The translations under genes and the position numbers were made by a program. Under the pieces are notes generated by a model, which searched no databases, had not been told where the DNA came from, and worked only from the letters and a program-made list of their open reading frames with translations. Shown here piece by piece: positions 1 through 8,149 of a stretch of 64,000 nucleotides of DNA. This DNA is from Minisyncoccota bacterium (GTDB lineage Bacteria > Patescibacteriota > Minisyncoccia > Phycocordibacterales > UBA9973), in the NCBI GenBank assembly GCA_041650615.1, contig JBAZKU010000001.1, positions 249,216-313,215 of the forward strand, written 5' to 3'. Each line of letters starts with the position of its first letter. Position 1 is the first letter of the stretch.

Positions 1-1842
1 TATCCTTACAATATAGGCGATAGAATTTCTAAAATGATTCCAATGGGTTCGCAAGGAATGCCTATGACCATAGACCATGCCATGGAAATCGTTCCCGAAT
101 TAAAAGATGCATACAAAACCGAGAAAGATACAAAAATAATAATAGATTTGGCAAAAAAATTGGAGGGATGCGTTAGGCATATTTCGGTGCATGCTGCCGG
201 AGTGGTGATTGCCCCGAAACCTCTTTATGAATATGTGCCTACCCAATTTGACCCCAAGGGCGGAAAAATAATTACTCAATATGATATGTACAGCGTTGAG
301 GACGCGGGACTATTAAAATTTGATTTTCTGGGCATTAGAAATTTAGCCATATTGGGAGATGCCATAAGTTTGGTAAAAAGATTCTATGATATAAATATAG
401 ATATAGAGCGTATCCCGCTTGATGATAAAAAGACTTTTGCCCTGTTGGCCTCCGGTCAAACGGAAGGGCTTTTTCAATTAAACGGAGCCGGAATGACAAG
501 ATATTTAAAGGAACTCAGGCCCACTTCTATTCATGATATCAACGCCATGGTGGCGCTTTATCGTCCCGGACCGATGGAATCAATTCCGGAATATATTAAG
601 CGCAAGCATGACAGAAAACTTGTAAAATATTTGGACCCGCGAATGAAAAAATTCTTGGGTGAATCATATGGATTAATTGTCTATCAAGATGACCTGCTTT
701 TTTGCGCCATAGAACTGGCCGGTTACAACTGGGAAGAAGCAGATAAATTCCGCAAGGCCGTCGGAAAGAAAATTCCAAAAGAAATGGCAGCGCAGAGAGA
801 AAAATTTACCAAAGGTATCATTTCAAACGGGCAAACTCCGGAATTTGCCGAAAAGCTCTGGAAAATTTTTGAACCGTTTCAAGCTTACGGTTTCAACAAA
901 GCGCATGCGGCCAGTTATGGCAGAGTTGCCTATCAAACAGCTTATATGAAAGCGAATTATCCCGTTGAATATATGACCGCCATTCTTACTGCTGAGTCCG
1001 GGGATGTGGAAAAAATATCCGAGATAATTAATGAATGTAAAAATATGAATATTCCGGTTCTGCCCCCAAATATCAATGAAAGCTATGGCGGTTTTACGGT
1101 GATAAGAAATAATACAAAATCGGAAAAAATACGATTCGGCCTTTACACCATTAAAAATCTGGGTACCGATATTGCCGATTCTATCATAGCCGAGAGAAAG
1201 ACAAACGGAAAATTCAAATCAATCACTGATTTTCTGAACAGAATCAAACATAAAAATTTAAATAAAAAATCCATGGAAGCGCTGATTAAATCAGGCAGTA
1301 TGGATGAATGGGGTGACCGAGGAGTTTTTCTCTTTAATCTTGAAGATATGCTTTTGTATCATAAAGAATCTTCCAATAGAAATGAAAATCAGACTTCTCT
1401 TTTTGGTGAATTGCCTCAATCTCAAATTTCATCTTTCAAATTAAAAGACGCCCCTTCGGCAACTCAAGCTGAAAAATTGCTTTGGGAAAAAGAGTTATTA
1501 GGGCTTTATATTTCAGGACATCCGTTGGATCGCATCCGCGAAAAATTGGAAAGCCGTGACATAAATATCAAAAAAATAAAAGAAAAAATCGGTAATGGTA
1601 TGCAAATAACCATCGCCGGAATAATAGAAACTTCAAGACCAGTTATTACCAAAAACAATGACCGAATGGCATTTTTAAAAATCTCGGATTTGACTGGTTC
1701 TATAGAAGCTGTGGCTTTTCCAAATATTTTTAAAGAATCCATTGACATTCTAGTTCCCGAAAAATGCATTGCTTTTTCCGGCAAAGTCTCTCTCCGCAAC
1801 GGTGAAAAAAGCATTATTATAGAAGCAGTGAAAGAGATATAG
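1..1842 (+). CDS. dnaE: DNA polymerase III alpha subunit, 5'-truncated by window edge
   Basis: HAAGVVI, KFDFLG, LYRPGP and YGFNKAHA motifs plus C-terminal OB fold; frame is open from base 1 (YPYNIGDRISKMIP...). Confidence 0.98.
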   Translation, partial: YPYNIGDRISKMIPMGSQGMPMTIDHAMEIVPELKDAYKTEKDTKIIIDLAKKLEGCVRHISVHAAGVVIAPKPLYEYVPTQFDPKGGKIITQYDMYSVEDAGLLKFDFLGIRNLAILGDAISLVKRFYDINIDIERIPLDDKKTFALLASGQTEGLFQLNGAGMTRYLKELRPTSIHDINAMVALYRPGPMESIPEYIKRKHDRKLVKYLDPRMKKFLGESYGLIVYQDDLLFCAIELAGYNWEEADKFRKAVGKKIPKEMAAQREKFTKGIISNGQTPEFAEKLWKIFEPFQAYGFNKAHAASYGRVAYQTAYMKANYPVEYMTAILTAESGDVEKISEIINECKNMNIPVLPPNINESYGGFTVIRNNTKSEKIRFGLYTIKNLGTDIADSIIAERKTNGKFKSITDFLNRIKHKNLNKKSMEALIKSGSMDEWGDRGVFLFNLEDMLLYHKESSNRNENQTSLFGELPQSQISSFKLKDAPSATQAEKLLWEKELLGLYISGHPLDRIREKLESRDINIKKIKEKIGNGMQITIAGIIETSRPVITKNNDRMAFLKISDLTGSIEAVAFPNIFKESIDILVPEKCIAFSGKVSLRNGEKSIIIEAVKEI

Positions 1843-1891
1843 AAACGAAAAAATCCACTTGCGCAGATTTTTTCGTTTGCAATAAGTGGAT

Positions 1892-2299
1892 TTAATATCC
1901 TCTAATATATTTTTTAAACATGAGTTTCATCTCAATCATGCTTAAATTGTTAAACTCAGCCGGTACTAATTTTATTAGATACTGTTGCATTTTAATCCTT
2001 TGTTTCAGATTTAAACGAAGAATTAAAGAAGCTAAAAAAGACCCACCGAGAAAAAACAACATCATACTTACAAACATAATTACAAATTTTGTTGTTGTCT
2101 CGCTTTCTAAAGTTAATTTAAAACAAAAAGCAACAATCAAAAAAAGAAAAAGTGAAAAGAAAATTTGTAAATCCATAAAAAACGGATTCCAAAATTTTTT
2201 TTCAAATAATTTATCTTTGCCCCAAAAAAGGCAGACAAGAGACCCCAAAGAAAATAAAAAGGATGCTCCATATAAAAGACCGAAGAAAAAATTAAGCAT
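1892..2299 (-). CDS. Hypothetical membrane protein (about 3 TM)
   Basis: 135 aa ORF with three hydrophobic stretches; preferred over the overlapping Lys-rich antisense ORF. Confidence 0.6.
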   Translation of the reverse strand: MLNFFFGLLYGASFLFSLGSLVCLFWGKDKLFEKKFWNPFFMDLQIFFSLFLFLIVAFCFKLTLESETTTKFVIMFVSMMLFFLGGSFLASLILRLNLKQRIKMQQYLIKLVPAEFNNLSMIEMKLMFKKYIRGY

Positions 2300-2426
2300 G
2301 ACGACTCTCCTCTAGTTAGTGAAAATATGTTTATTTCAATATACTAAATCATGTTTAGTATAACATATATAAAATAAAATATCAAGCAGAATTAGTGGTC
2401 TTCTTATTTCCTGTAACGTATAACCC

Positions 2427-2453
2427 TACCCCATAGGTCTTGCCTATGGGGTA
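2427..2453. repeat. REP-like palindrome left of RAYT
   Basis: TACCCCATAGG-TCTTG-CCTATGGGGTA, a perfect 11-bp stem. Confidence 0.85.
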
Positions 2454-2474
2454 CACCTCTGCTATATTTATATT

Positions 2475-3128
2475 ATGTCTATAAGAAAAGTAGATTTTTC
2501 AGTAAATGAGTATTATCATCTCTACAACCGTGGGAATAGTAAACAAATAATTTTCAAAGACGAACAAGATTATAATCACTTTATGAAGTTACTTTTTTTG
2601 TGCAATTCTCAGAAAAGTATTGTGTATAGAGATATTTCAAAAAATACTTTTGATTTTGATCGAGAAGAAACTTTAGTTCATATAGGCGCGTATTGTCTTA
2701 TGCCAAATCATTTTCACCTACTAGTTAAAGAAGAGGTGGAAAATGGGATAAGCAGATTTATGCAAAAACTCACAACCGCTTACGTAATGTATTACAATAA
2801 AAAATATAAAAGAACTGGTGCACTATTTGAAGGAAAATTTAAATCTCAACATATTAGTATTGACAGATATATGAAATATTTATTTTCATATATACATTTA
2901 AATCCTATAAAACTAATTGAATCTGGTTGGAAAGAAAAAGGAATAAAAAACACAGAAAATGCTCTCAGGTATTTAAAAGCCTATCAATACTCAAGTTATC
3001 TAGATTACTTAAAAGAAGATCGTATTAAAAGAAAAATTCTTAATAAAAAAGAATTTCCTAAATATTTTTCATCTAAAAATTCTTTTGAAAGAGAGATCTT
3101 AGATTGGCTAAAATATAAAAAACAATAA
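2475..3128 (+). mobile_element. REP-associated tyrosine transposase (RAYT, Y1/HUH family)
   Basis: YYHLYNRG N-terminus, AYCLMPNHFHLL (HUH), YIHLNP and YQYSSY motifs; flanked by inverted palindromes. Confidence 0.92.
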
Positions 3129-3132
3129 GCCT

Positions 3133-3157
3133 TACCCCATAGGCAAGACCTATGGGG
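3133..3157. repeat. REP-like palindrome right of RAYT (inverted copy of 2427-2453)
   Basis: TACCCCATAGG-CAAGA-CCTATGGGG is the reverse complement of the left copy. Confidence 0.85.
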
Positions 3158-3161
3158 CTAC

Positions 3162-3185
3162 ATAGAGGCAGTGAAAGAGATATAA
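3162..3185 (+). repeat. Duplicate of the last 8 codons of dnaE
   Basis: ATAGAGGCAGTGAAAGAGATATAA vs 1819-1842 ATAGAAGCAGTGAAAGAGATATAG (22/24 identical, both read IEAVKEI*). Confidence 0.8.
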
Positions 3186-3194
3186 AGAAACTAA

Positions 3195-3467
3195 CTAACT
3201 TTCTAATTTTATTCGCGTAGCCAATTCATTATCTATTCCATTGATTTGTTTTTTTAAGACTAAAATTTTATTTTCAATTTCTTTTTTAGTTTCTTGATAA
3301 TTCATTTGCTGTCCCCTAATTACTGTATCTGATTGTTTACTCATAAGACTTTCAAGTTGCATTTGCAGAGCATTAAGTTCTTCTGAGAGTTTATCTTTTT
3401 TTTTACTTAATTCCTCAAACTCATCAATATTTCTATCTTCAATTCCTAATACTAGTCCTTCACTCAT
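3195..3467 (-). CDS. Hypothetical coiled-coil protein
   Basis: 90 aa heptad-rich ORF downstream of pth on the same strand. Confidence 0.6.
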   Translation of the reverse strand: MSEGLVLGIEDRNIDEFEELSKKKDKLSEELNALQMQLESLMSKQSDTVIRGQQMNYQETKKEIENKILVLKKQINGIDNELATRIKLES

Positions 3468-3480
3468 ATATTTTTAAAAA

Positions 3481-4011
3481 TTAATTATAAAGACTCATCG
3501 CTTTTTCTTTACCTTCGGTAAAAATAACTTCCAAAGCCTCGACGACTTTTTTGGAAAGTTTTTTCAATGTTTCCAGTTCATTTTTTTTATATTCGCCAAG
3601 TAAGAATTTCAACACTGCTTTTTCCCCTTTCGGTTTTCGTATTTTCCCGGACGGAGTAGCCGGTGAGGTGCCAATCCTGATGCGCAAGAATTCTTCTGAT
3701 TTCAGAGCTTTGATAATAGAACCCAAACCATTGTGTCCCCCGGAAGATCTATTAAAAGAAATTTTCATTTTTCCTATTGGTAGATCAATATCATCGTAAA
3801 TCACAACAAGATCTTTTAAATCTTTCTTGGATTTTATCAAGGGGGCAATTACCTTGCCTGAATTATTCATAAATTTATCCGGAAACACAAACTTAACCTT
3901 ATCTTTAAGTTTTAATTTTTTCTCAACCATCCCAAGCATAATAAAACCGGTATTATGCCTGGTATTTTCATATTCTTTGCCTGGATTTCCCAAACCAACG
4001 ACTAATTTCAT
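3481..4011 (-). CDS. pth: Peptidyl-tRNA hydrolase
   Basis: LVVGLGNPG, TRHNTG, FMNNSG, GGHNGL, RIRIG. Confidence 0.97.
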   Translation of the reverse strand: MKLVVGLGNPGKEYENTRHNTGFIMLGMVEKKLKLKDKVKFVFPDKFMNNSGKVIAPLIKSKKDLKDLVVIYDDIDLPIGKMKISFNRSSGGHNGLGSIIKALKSEEFLRIRIGTSPATPSGKIRKPKGEKAVLKFLLGEYKKNELETLKKLSKKVVEALEVIFTEGKEKAMSLYN

Positions 4012-4132
4012 ATATTGTAAATAATAGCACTAATAGTCCTCTCCTGCCAAGAGGAGAATTTGGGAAAGGTTTAATTTACTAAAAAACAATTATCTCCTTC
4101 GTGTCAAGACTTTTCTGTGTTAAAATACATAC

Positions 4133-4729
4133 ATGAATGAAGAAAAAACAAAGCCTGCCTCGCCAAGTCAAGGCGGAGATAAATTCACTAAACAGTCGTT
4201 TTGGGAGCTTGTGCGTTTTGTGTTAATAGCCATAGCTATAGTCATTCCTATCCGTATGTTCATAGCTCAGCCTTTTATAGTCTCAGGTTCTTCTATGGAC
4301 CCCACGTTTGAGGACGGACAATATTTAATAATAGATGAAATATCTTACAGATTAAACAATCCGCAAAGAAATGACGTTGTAGTTTTTAGATATCCGAACG
4401 ACCCGACAAAATTCTTTATCAAAAGAATAATTGGACTGCCGAATGAAACAGTAGATATAAAAGGCACAGTAATTACCATAACCAATAAGGAAAATCCGGA
4501 GGGATTTATTCTTGACCAATCTTATATAAAAAATGCCGTGGAAAGTAATACGCATCTTGAACTGAAAAATGACGAGTATTTCGTGATGGGAGATAATAGG
4601 TCTGCCAGTTCCGATTCAAGATATTGGGGCGCAGTACCCAAAAATCTCCTGATAGGAAAAGTATTTTTACGCTTATTGCCAATAAGTGAGATAGGTATAT
4701 TGCCGGGCGATTATAAAAAAACTGAGTAA
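4133..4729 (+). CDS. lepB: Signal peptidase I
   Basis: TM segment, then VSGSSMDPT, FIKRIIGLP, GDNRSASSDSRYWG. Confidence 0.96.
   Translation: MNEEKTKPASPSQGGDKFTKQSFWELVRFVLIAIAIVIPIRMFIAQPFIVSGSSMDPTFEDGQYLIIDEISYRLNNPQRNDVVVFRYPNDPTKFFIKRIIGLPNETVDIKGTVITITNKENPEGFILDQSYIKNAVESNTHLELKNDEYFVMGDNRSASSDSRYWGAVPKNLLIGKVFLRLLPISEIGILPGDYKKTE
4154..4177. repeat. 24-bp in-frame GC-rich imperfect palindrome in lepB (PASPSQGG)
   Basis: CCTGCCTCGCCAAGTCAAGGCGGA; ends resemble 7480-7515 and 44751-44788. Confidence 0.55.
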
Positions 4730-4733
4730 AGAT

Positions 4734-6035
4734 ATGAAAACAAAAAATACTAAAACTAAGACAAAAAATCTGTCATCGCCGAAAGGAATGCGGGATATTA
4801 TTAATGAAGAATATTACAACTTTCAAGGTTTTTTTGAAAAGGCGCAAGAGGTAGCCGTGTATTATGGTTTTAAGCCTATTGAGACTCCAATGTTAGAGCA
4901 TACAGAAGTCTTTACTTCAGGTATCGGCGAAGGGACAGATATAGTGGATAAAGAAATGTATACGCTTAAAACTAAAGGCGGAGACCATTTGGCGCTAAGG
5001 CCGGAACATACAGCGTCATTAATACGTTCTTATATTGAACATGGGATGCAAAATATGCCTCAACCTGTAATGTTTTATCAATATGGCCCTGCTTTTCGGC
5101 ACGACAATCCCCAGCGCGGACGCTACAGACAATTTTGGCAATTTGACTTGGATTCTTTGGGAAGCGATAAAAGTATCGTGGATGCGCTTGTAATAAAGGT
5201 GGGTATGAGTATTTTAGAAGAAGCCGGAGCTACTAATCTATCTGTGGATATTAATTCCATTGGCGACAAAGAATGCAGACATGCGTATATTAAAGAACTT
5301 ACCAGTTATTATAGAAAACATATAAATAATTTGGCCCATATTGACCGTGAACGCTTAAAAACGAATCCCCTTCGCATCTTGGATTCAAAAGAAGAAAAAA
5401 CAATGGAAGTAAATGTAAATGCGCCGGATTCCATAAGTTTTCTCTGTCCTTCTTGCAAAAAGCATTTTAAGGAAGTATTGGAATACTTGGAAGAAATGAA
5501 TATTCCCTACAATTTGAATAAAAATTTGGTGAGAGGACTTTCCTATTATACTCGCACTGTTTTTGAGGTAATTGAAGAAAAGGGCGGAGAAGATGGAACG
5601 ACATTAACCTTAGCTGGTGGCGGACGTTATGATTATCTCGCTCATCAACTCGGCAGTAAAAAAGATGTGCCGGCAGTGGGTTTTTCAATCGGAGTAGATA
5701 GAATTATTTCAGCTCCTTGGTATAAAAAACTCTGCCCTCGCATAATAAAAAAGCCAAAAATCTATTTTATTCAGTTGGGTTCTGAAGCAAAACTTAAAAG
5801 TTTGAATATAATAGAAATATTGCGCAAGGCGCATGTTCCTATTGCTCAGTCTATTTCAAAGGATAGTCTTGGCTCTCAATTAGCAATCGCTGAAAAATTA
5901 AATATCCCTTACGCGCTTATCTTTGGAGCAAAAGAAGCTATTGATAATTCGGTAATCGTGCGTGATATGTCTAATAGGTCTCAAGAAACCGTAAAATTAA
6001 ATAAACTTTTGGAATATTTAAAAGAGATCAAATAA
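4734..6035 (+). CDS. hisS: Histidyl-tRNA synthetase
   Basis: PKGMRD, LRPEHT, FRHDNPQRGRYRQF, LVRGLSYY, GGGRYD. Confidence 0.98.
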   Translation: MKTKNTKTKTKNLSSPKGMRDIINEEYYNFQGFFEKAQEVAVYYGFKPIETPMLEHTEVFTSGIGEGTDIVDKEMYTLKTKGGDHLALRPEHTASLIRSYIEHGMQNMPQPVMFYQYGPAFRHDNPQRGRYRQFWQFDLDSLGSDKSIVDALVIKVGMSILEEAGATNLSVDINSIGDKECRHAYIKELTSYYRKHINNLAHIDRERLKTNPLRILDSKEEKTMEVNVNAPDSISFLCPSCKKHFKEVLEYLEEMNIPYNLNKNLVRGLSYYTRTVFEVIEEKGGEDGTTLTLAGGGRYDYLAHQLGSKKDVPAVGFSIGVDRIISAPWYKKLCPRIIKKPKIYFIQLGSEAKLKSLNIIEILRKAHVPIAQSISKDSLGSQLAIAEKLNIPYALIFGAKEAIDNSVIVRDMSNRSQETVKLNKLLEYLKEIK

Positions 6036-6043
6036 AAATGAAT

Positions 6044-6152
6044 CCCGTTAGAGGCCGCGGTCGCATACGGGAACAAAGAGATAAAAATATATTATAAGAT
6101 TAATTTATAGACAGGAAAGGTTTTAAGGCGAACGCGACCTGCCTCTAACGGG
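6044..6152. mobile_element. MITE-like element at def start codon
   Basis: CCCGTTAGAGGC...GCCTCTAACGGG terminal inverted repeats, flanked by ATGAAT / ATGAAA. Confidence 0.75.
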
Positions 6153-6686
6153 ATGAAAGAAATAGTTCAAAAAAATGATAAAGTTTTGCGCAGGAATGTA
6201 AAAGAAGTGCCGATAGATGAAATCAAAACTCCTAAAATAAAAAAAATATTAAAAGAGATGTCGGATGCGTTAAAAGACCAAAGCGATGGTGTAGCCATTG
6301 CAGCGCCGCAAATAGGATATTCCTTGGCGATTTTTGTTGTCTCGGGGAAAATTTTTTATAAAGATTTTATTAGAGGAGGAATAGAGTTTGAAAAAATACC
6401 CAAAAGAGAAATTCCCAAGGATTTGATTTTTATTAATCCGAAAATTTCAAAATTGTCCCGTGAAAAAGATTGGCTATTGGAAGGCTGTCTTTCCGTGAGA
6501 TGGTTATACGGAAAAACCCATAGATCAAAAAAGGCAATGATTACGGCTTATGACGAAAATGGCAAAAAATTTCAAAGAGGCGCCTCCGGTCTTTTAGCTC
6601 AAATTTTCCAACATGAAACAGACCATCTAAAAGGTGTGCTTTTTATAGACCACGCCAAGGAAATAAGGGAAGAATTACCTAAATAA
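6153..6686 (+). CDS. def: Peptide deformylase
   Basis: GVAIAAPQIG, EGCLSV, QHETDHLKG. Confidence 0.97.
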   Translation: MKEIVQKNDKVLRRNVKEVPIDEIKTPKIKKILKEMSDALKDQSDGVAIAAPQIGYSLAIFVVSGKIFYKDFIRGGIEFEKIPKREIPKDLIFINPKISKLSREKDWLLEGCLSVRWLYGKTHRSKKAMITAYDENGKKFQRGASGLLAQIFQHETDHLKGVLFIDHAKEIREELPK

Positions 6687-6687
6687 A

Positions 6688-7620
6688 ATGAATAATAAAA
6701 TAAATTTTGTATTTTGGGGAACACCGGATGTAGCATCAGAAACTCTGGAAATTCTTAAAGAAAATGGCTTTATGCCATCGCTTATTATTACTTCGCCTGA
6801 TAAACCACAAGGGCGTAAAATGGTTATAACTCCCCCGCCGGTAAAAGTTTGGGCAATTGAAAATAAGATTTCATATTTACAACCGGAGATCCTATCCGGC
6901 AAGGATTCTACTTTTATCGGGTCGCTGTCTGTGCCTACTGGCACAGCGCTGCCTCTCGGCTCGTCAGCCTGCGAGACACCCGCTAAAAGTAAATCCTTGC
7001 CGGATTTGTTTTTGGTTGTCGCCTATGGGAAAATAATTCCGGAAGATATTTTGAATATACCCAAACTAGGTTCTATAAATATTCATTATTCATTACTGCC
7101 AAAGTATCGCGGAGCTTCACCTGTGGAATCGGCTATTTTAAACGGAGATACAGAAACAGGCATTTCTATTCAAAAAATGGAATATAAAATGGACACCGGT
7201 CCGATTATTGCCCAAGAAAAAGTAGAAATAGGGCCGGACGAAAAAGCGCCTGAACTGCGCAAACGCCTAATAAAAATCGGGGGAGAACTTTTAGTAAAAA
7301 CTTTGCCGGATTTTATAGATGGAAAAACTAAATTGATTCCGCAAAGCGAGAACGAAGCCACTTATTGCAAGAAAATAAAAAAGGAAGATGGGCTTGTTGA
7401 CTTGGAGGCCTTGCCTCCAAGTGAGCTATATAACAAATTTCGCGCTTATGCCACTTGGCCCAGAACTTTTTTCTTTAAACCTGCCCGCAATGCTTCGCAT
7501 AGCGATGCAGGCGGGAATGGAAAAAGAATAATAATTACCGATGCTAAATTAGAAAATGGAGAATTTAAAATTCTAAAAATCATTCCTGAAGGAGGAAAAG
7601 AGACAAAATACGAAGGATAA
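6688..7620 (+). CDS. fmt: Methionyl-tRNA formyltransferase carrying in-frame palindromic inserts
   Basis: VFWGTP, PDKPQGR, VVAYG, NIHYSLLPKYRGASP, MDTGP. Confidence 0.97.
   Translation: MNNKINFVFWGTPDVASETLEILKENGFMPSLIITSPDKPQGRKMVITPPPVKVWAIENKISYLQPEILSGKDSTFIGSLSVPTGTALPLGSSACETPAKSKSLPDLFLVVAYGKIIPEDILNIPKLGSINIHYSLLPKYRGASPVESAILNGDTETGISIQKMEYKMDTGPIIAQEKVEIGPDEKAPELRKRLIKIGGELLVKTLPDFIDGKTKLIPQSENEATYCKKIKKEDGLVDLEALPPSELYNKFRAYATWPRTFFFKPARNASHSDAGGNGKRIIITDAKLENGEFKILKIIPEGGKETKYEG
6896..7003 (+). repeat. 108-bp structured element in-frame in fmt
   Basis: Long terminal stem plus two inner hairpins; 80/108 identical without gaps to 56921-57028 in tgt. Confidence 0.9.
7400..7422. 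repeat. REP-like hairpin inside fmt
   Basis: ACTTGGAGG-CCTTG-CCTCCAAGT; core resembles the RAYT flank AGG-TCTTG-CCT. Confidence 0.65.
7480..7515. repeat. 36-bp in-frame palindromic insert in fmt (PARNASHSDAGG)
   Basis: CCTGCCCGCAATGCTTCGCATAGCGATGCAGGCGGG, a GC-rich island in an AT-rich gene. Confidence 0.75.
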
Positions 7621-7629
7621 TCCTTCGTA
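7609..7629. repeat. Palindrome containing the fmt stop codon; second copy at 20489-20507
   Basis: TACGAAGG-ATAAT-CCTTCGTA. Confidence 0.65.
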
Positions 7630-7633
7630 AAAA

Positions 7634-8032
7634 CTAGTATTTAGAGGTAAAAGGATTCCTGTTTGAAAGACCTTTTAACATTTTTTTAACGCTAGAAGCT
7701 CCCCTTCTGAATAAAGTTTGCCTGCGGTCTTTGTTTTTCCTAATTTCATTAAAAAGACTTTCTTTTATTTCATCAATCGCTTGATATAAATCTTCTTTAT
7801 CGGAACTGGCATAAAATTCTTTTCCGCCTATTTTTATCAAGCAGTCTGAATGAAAAACAACGCCTGACTTGTGATGTTTGGTGCTTTTCCCAACTTCAAA
7901 ATTAACCATTGCTTCTCCTCCGCTTGCCTCCATTGAAGAAAGCAGTTTTTCCAGATTAGTGACCCTTTTTGAAACATAATCCTTGATAGCCTCTGTAAGC
8001 TCAAAATTTTTCCCTTGTAGATTTATTTTCAT
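7634..8032 (-). CDS. hpf: Ribosome hibernation promoting factor (HPF/RaiA family)
   Basis: MKINLQGKNFELTEAIKDYV...DLYQAID pattern. Confidence 0.92.
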   Translation of the reverse strand: MKINLQGKNFELTEAIKDYVSKRVTNLEKLLSSMEASGGEAMVNFEVGKSTKHHKSGVVFHSDCLIKIGGKEFYASSDKEDLYQAIDEIKESLFNEIRKNKDRRQTLFRRGASSVKKMLKGLSNRNPFTSKY

Positions 8033-8098
8033 CCCAGTACTAAAATTTTAATTAATAATCTTTATCTTTATGCCCCGTAATCAAAAATTTAGTACGGG
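8033..8098. repeat. Inverted-repeat element abutting the hpf start codon
   Basis: CCCAGTACTAAA...TTTAGTACGGG; GGG directly precedes ATG on the minus strand. Confidence 0.55.
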
Positions 8099-8149
8099 AC
8101 AGGTATATTTATACTATCATAAAACATATTACATGAAGTATTGATTAAT

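Noticed and set aside
1920-2315. Lys-rich + strand ORF and the many other short antisense ORFs in the track
   Set aside because: Shadows of better supported genes on the opposite strand
6896-7003. Intein or group I/II intron explanation for the fmt/tgt inserts
   Set aside because: Only 36 codons, no Cys/Ser...His-Asn splice motifs, and far too short for a group I/II catalytic core
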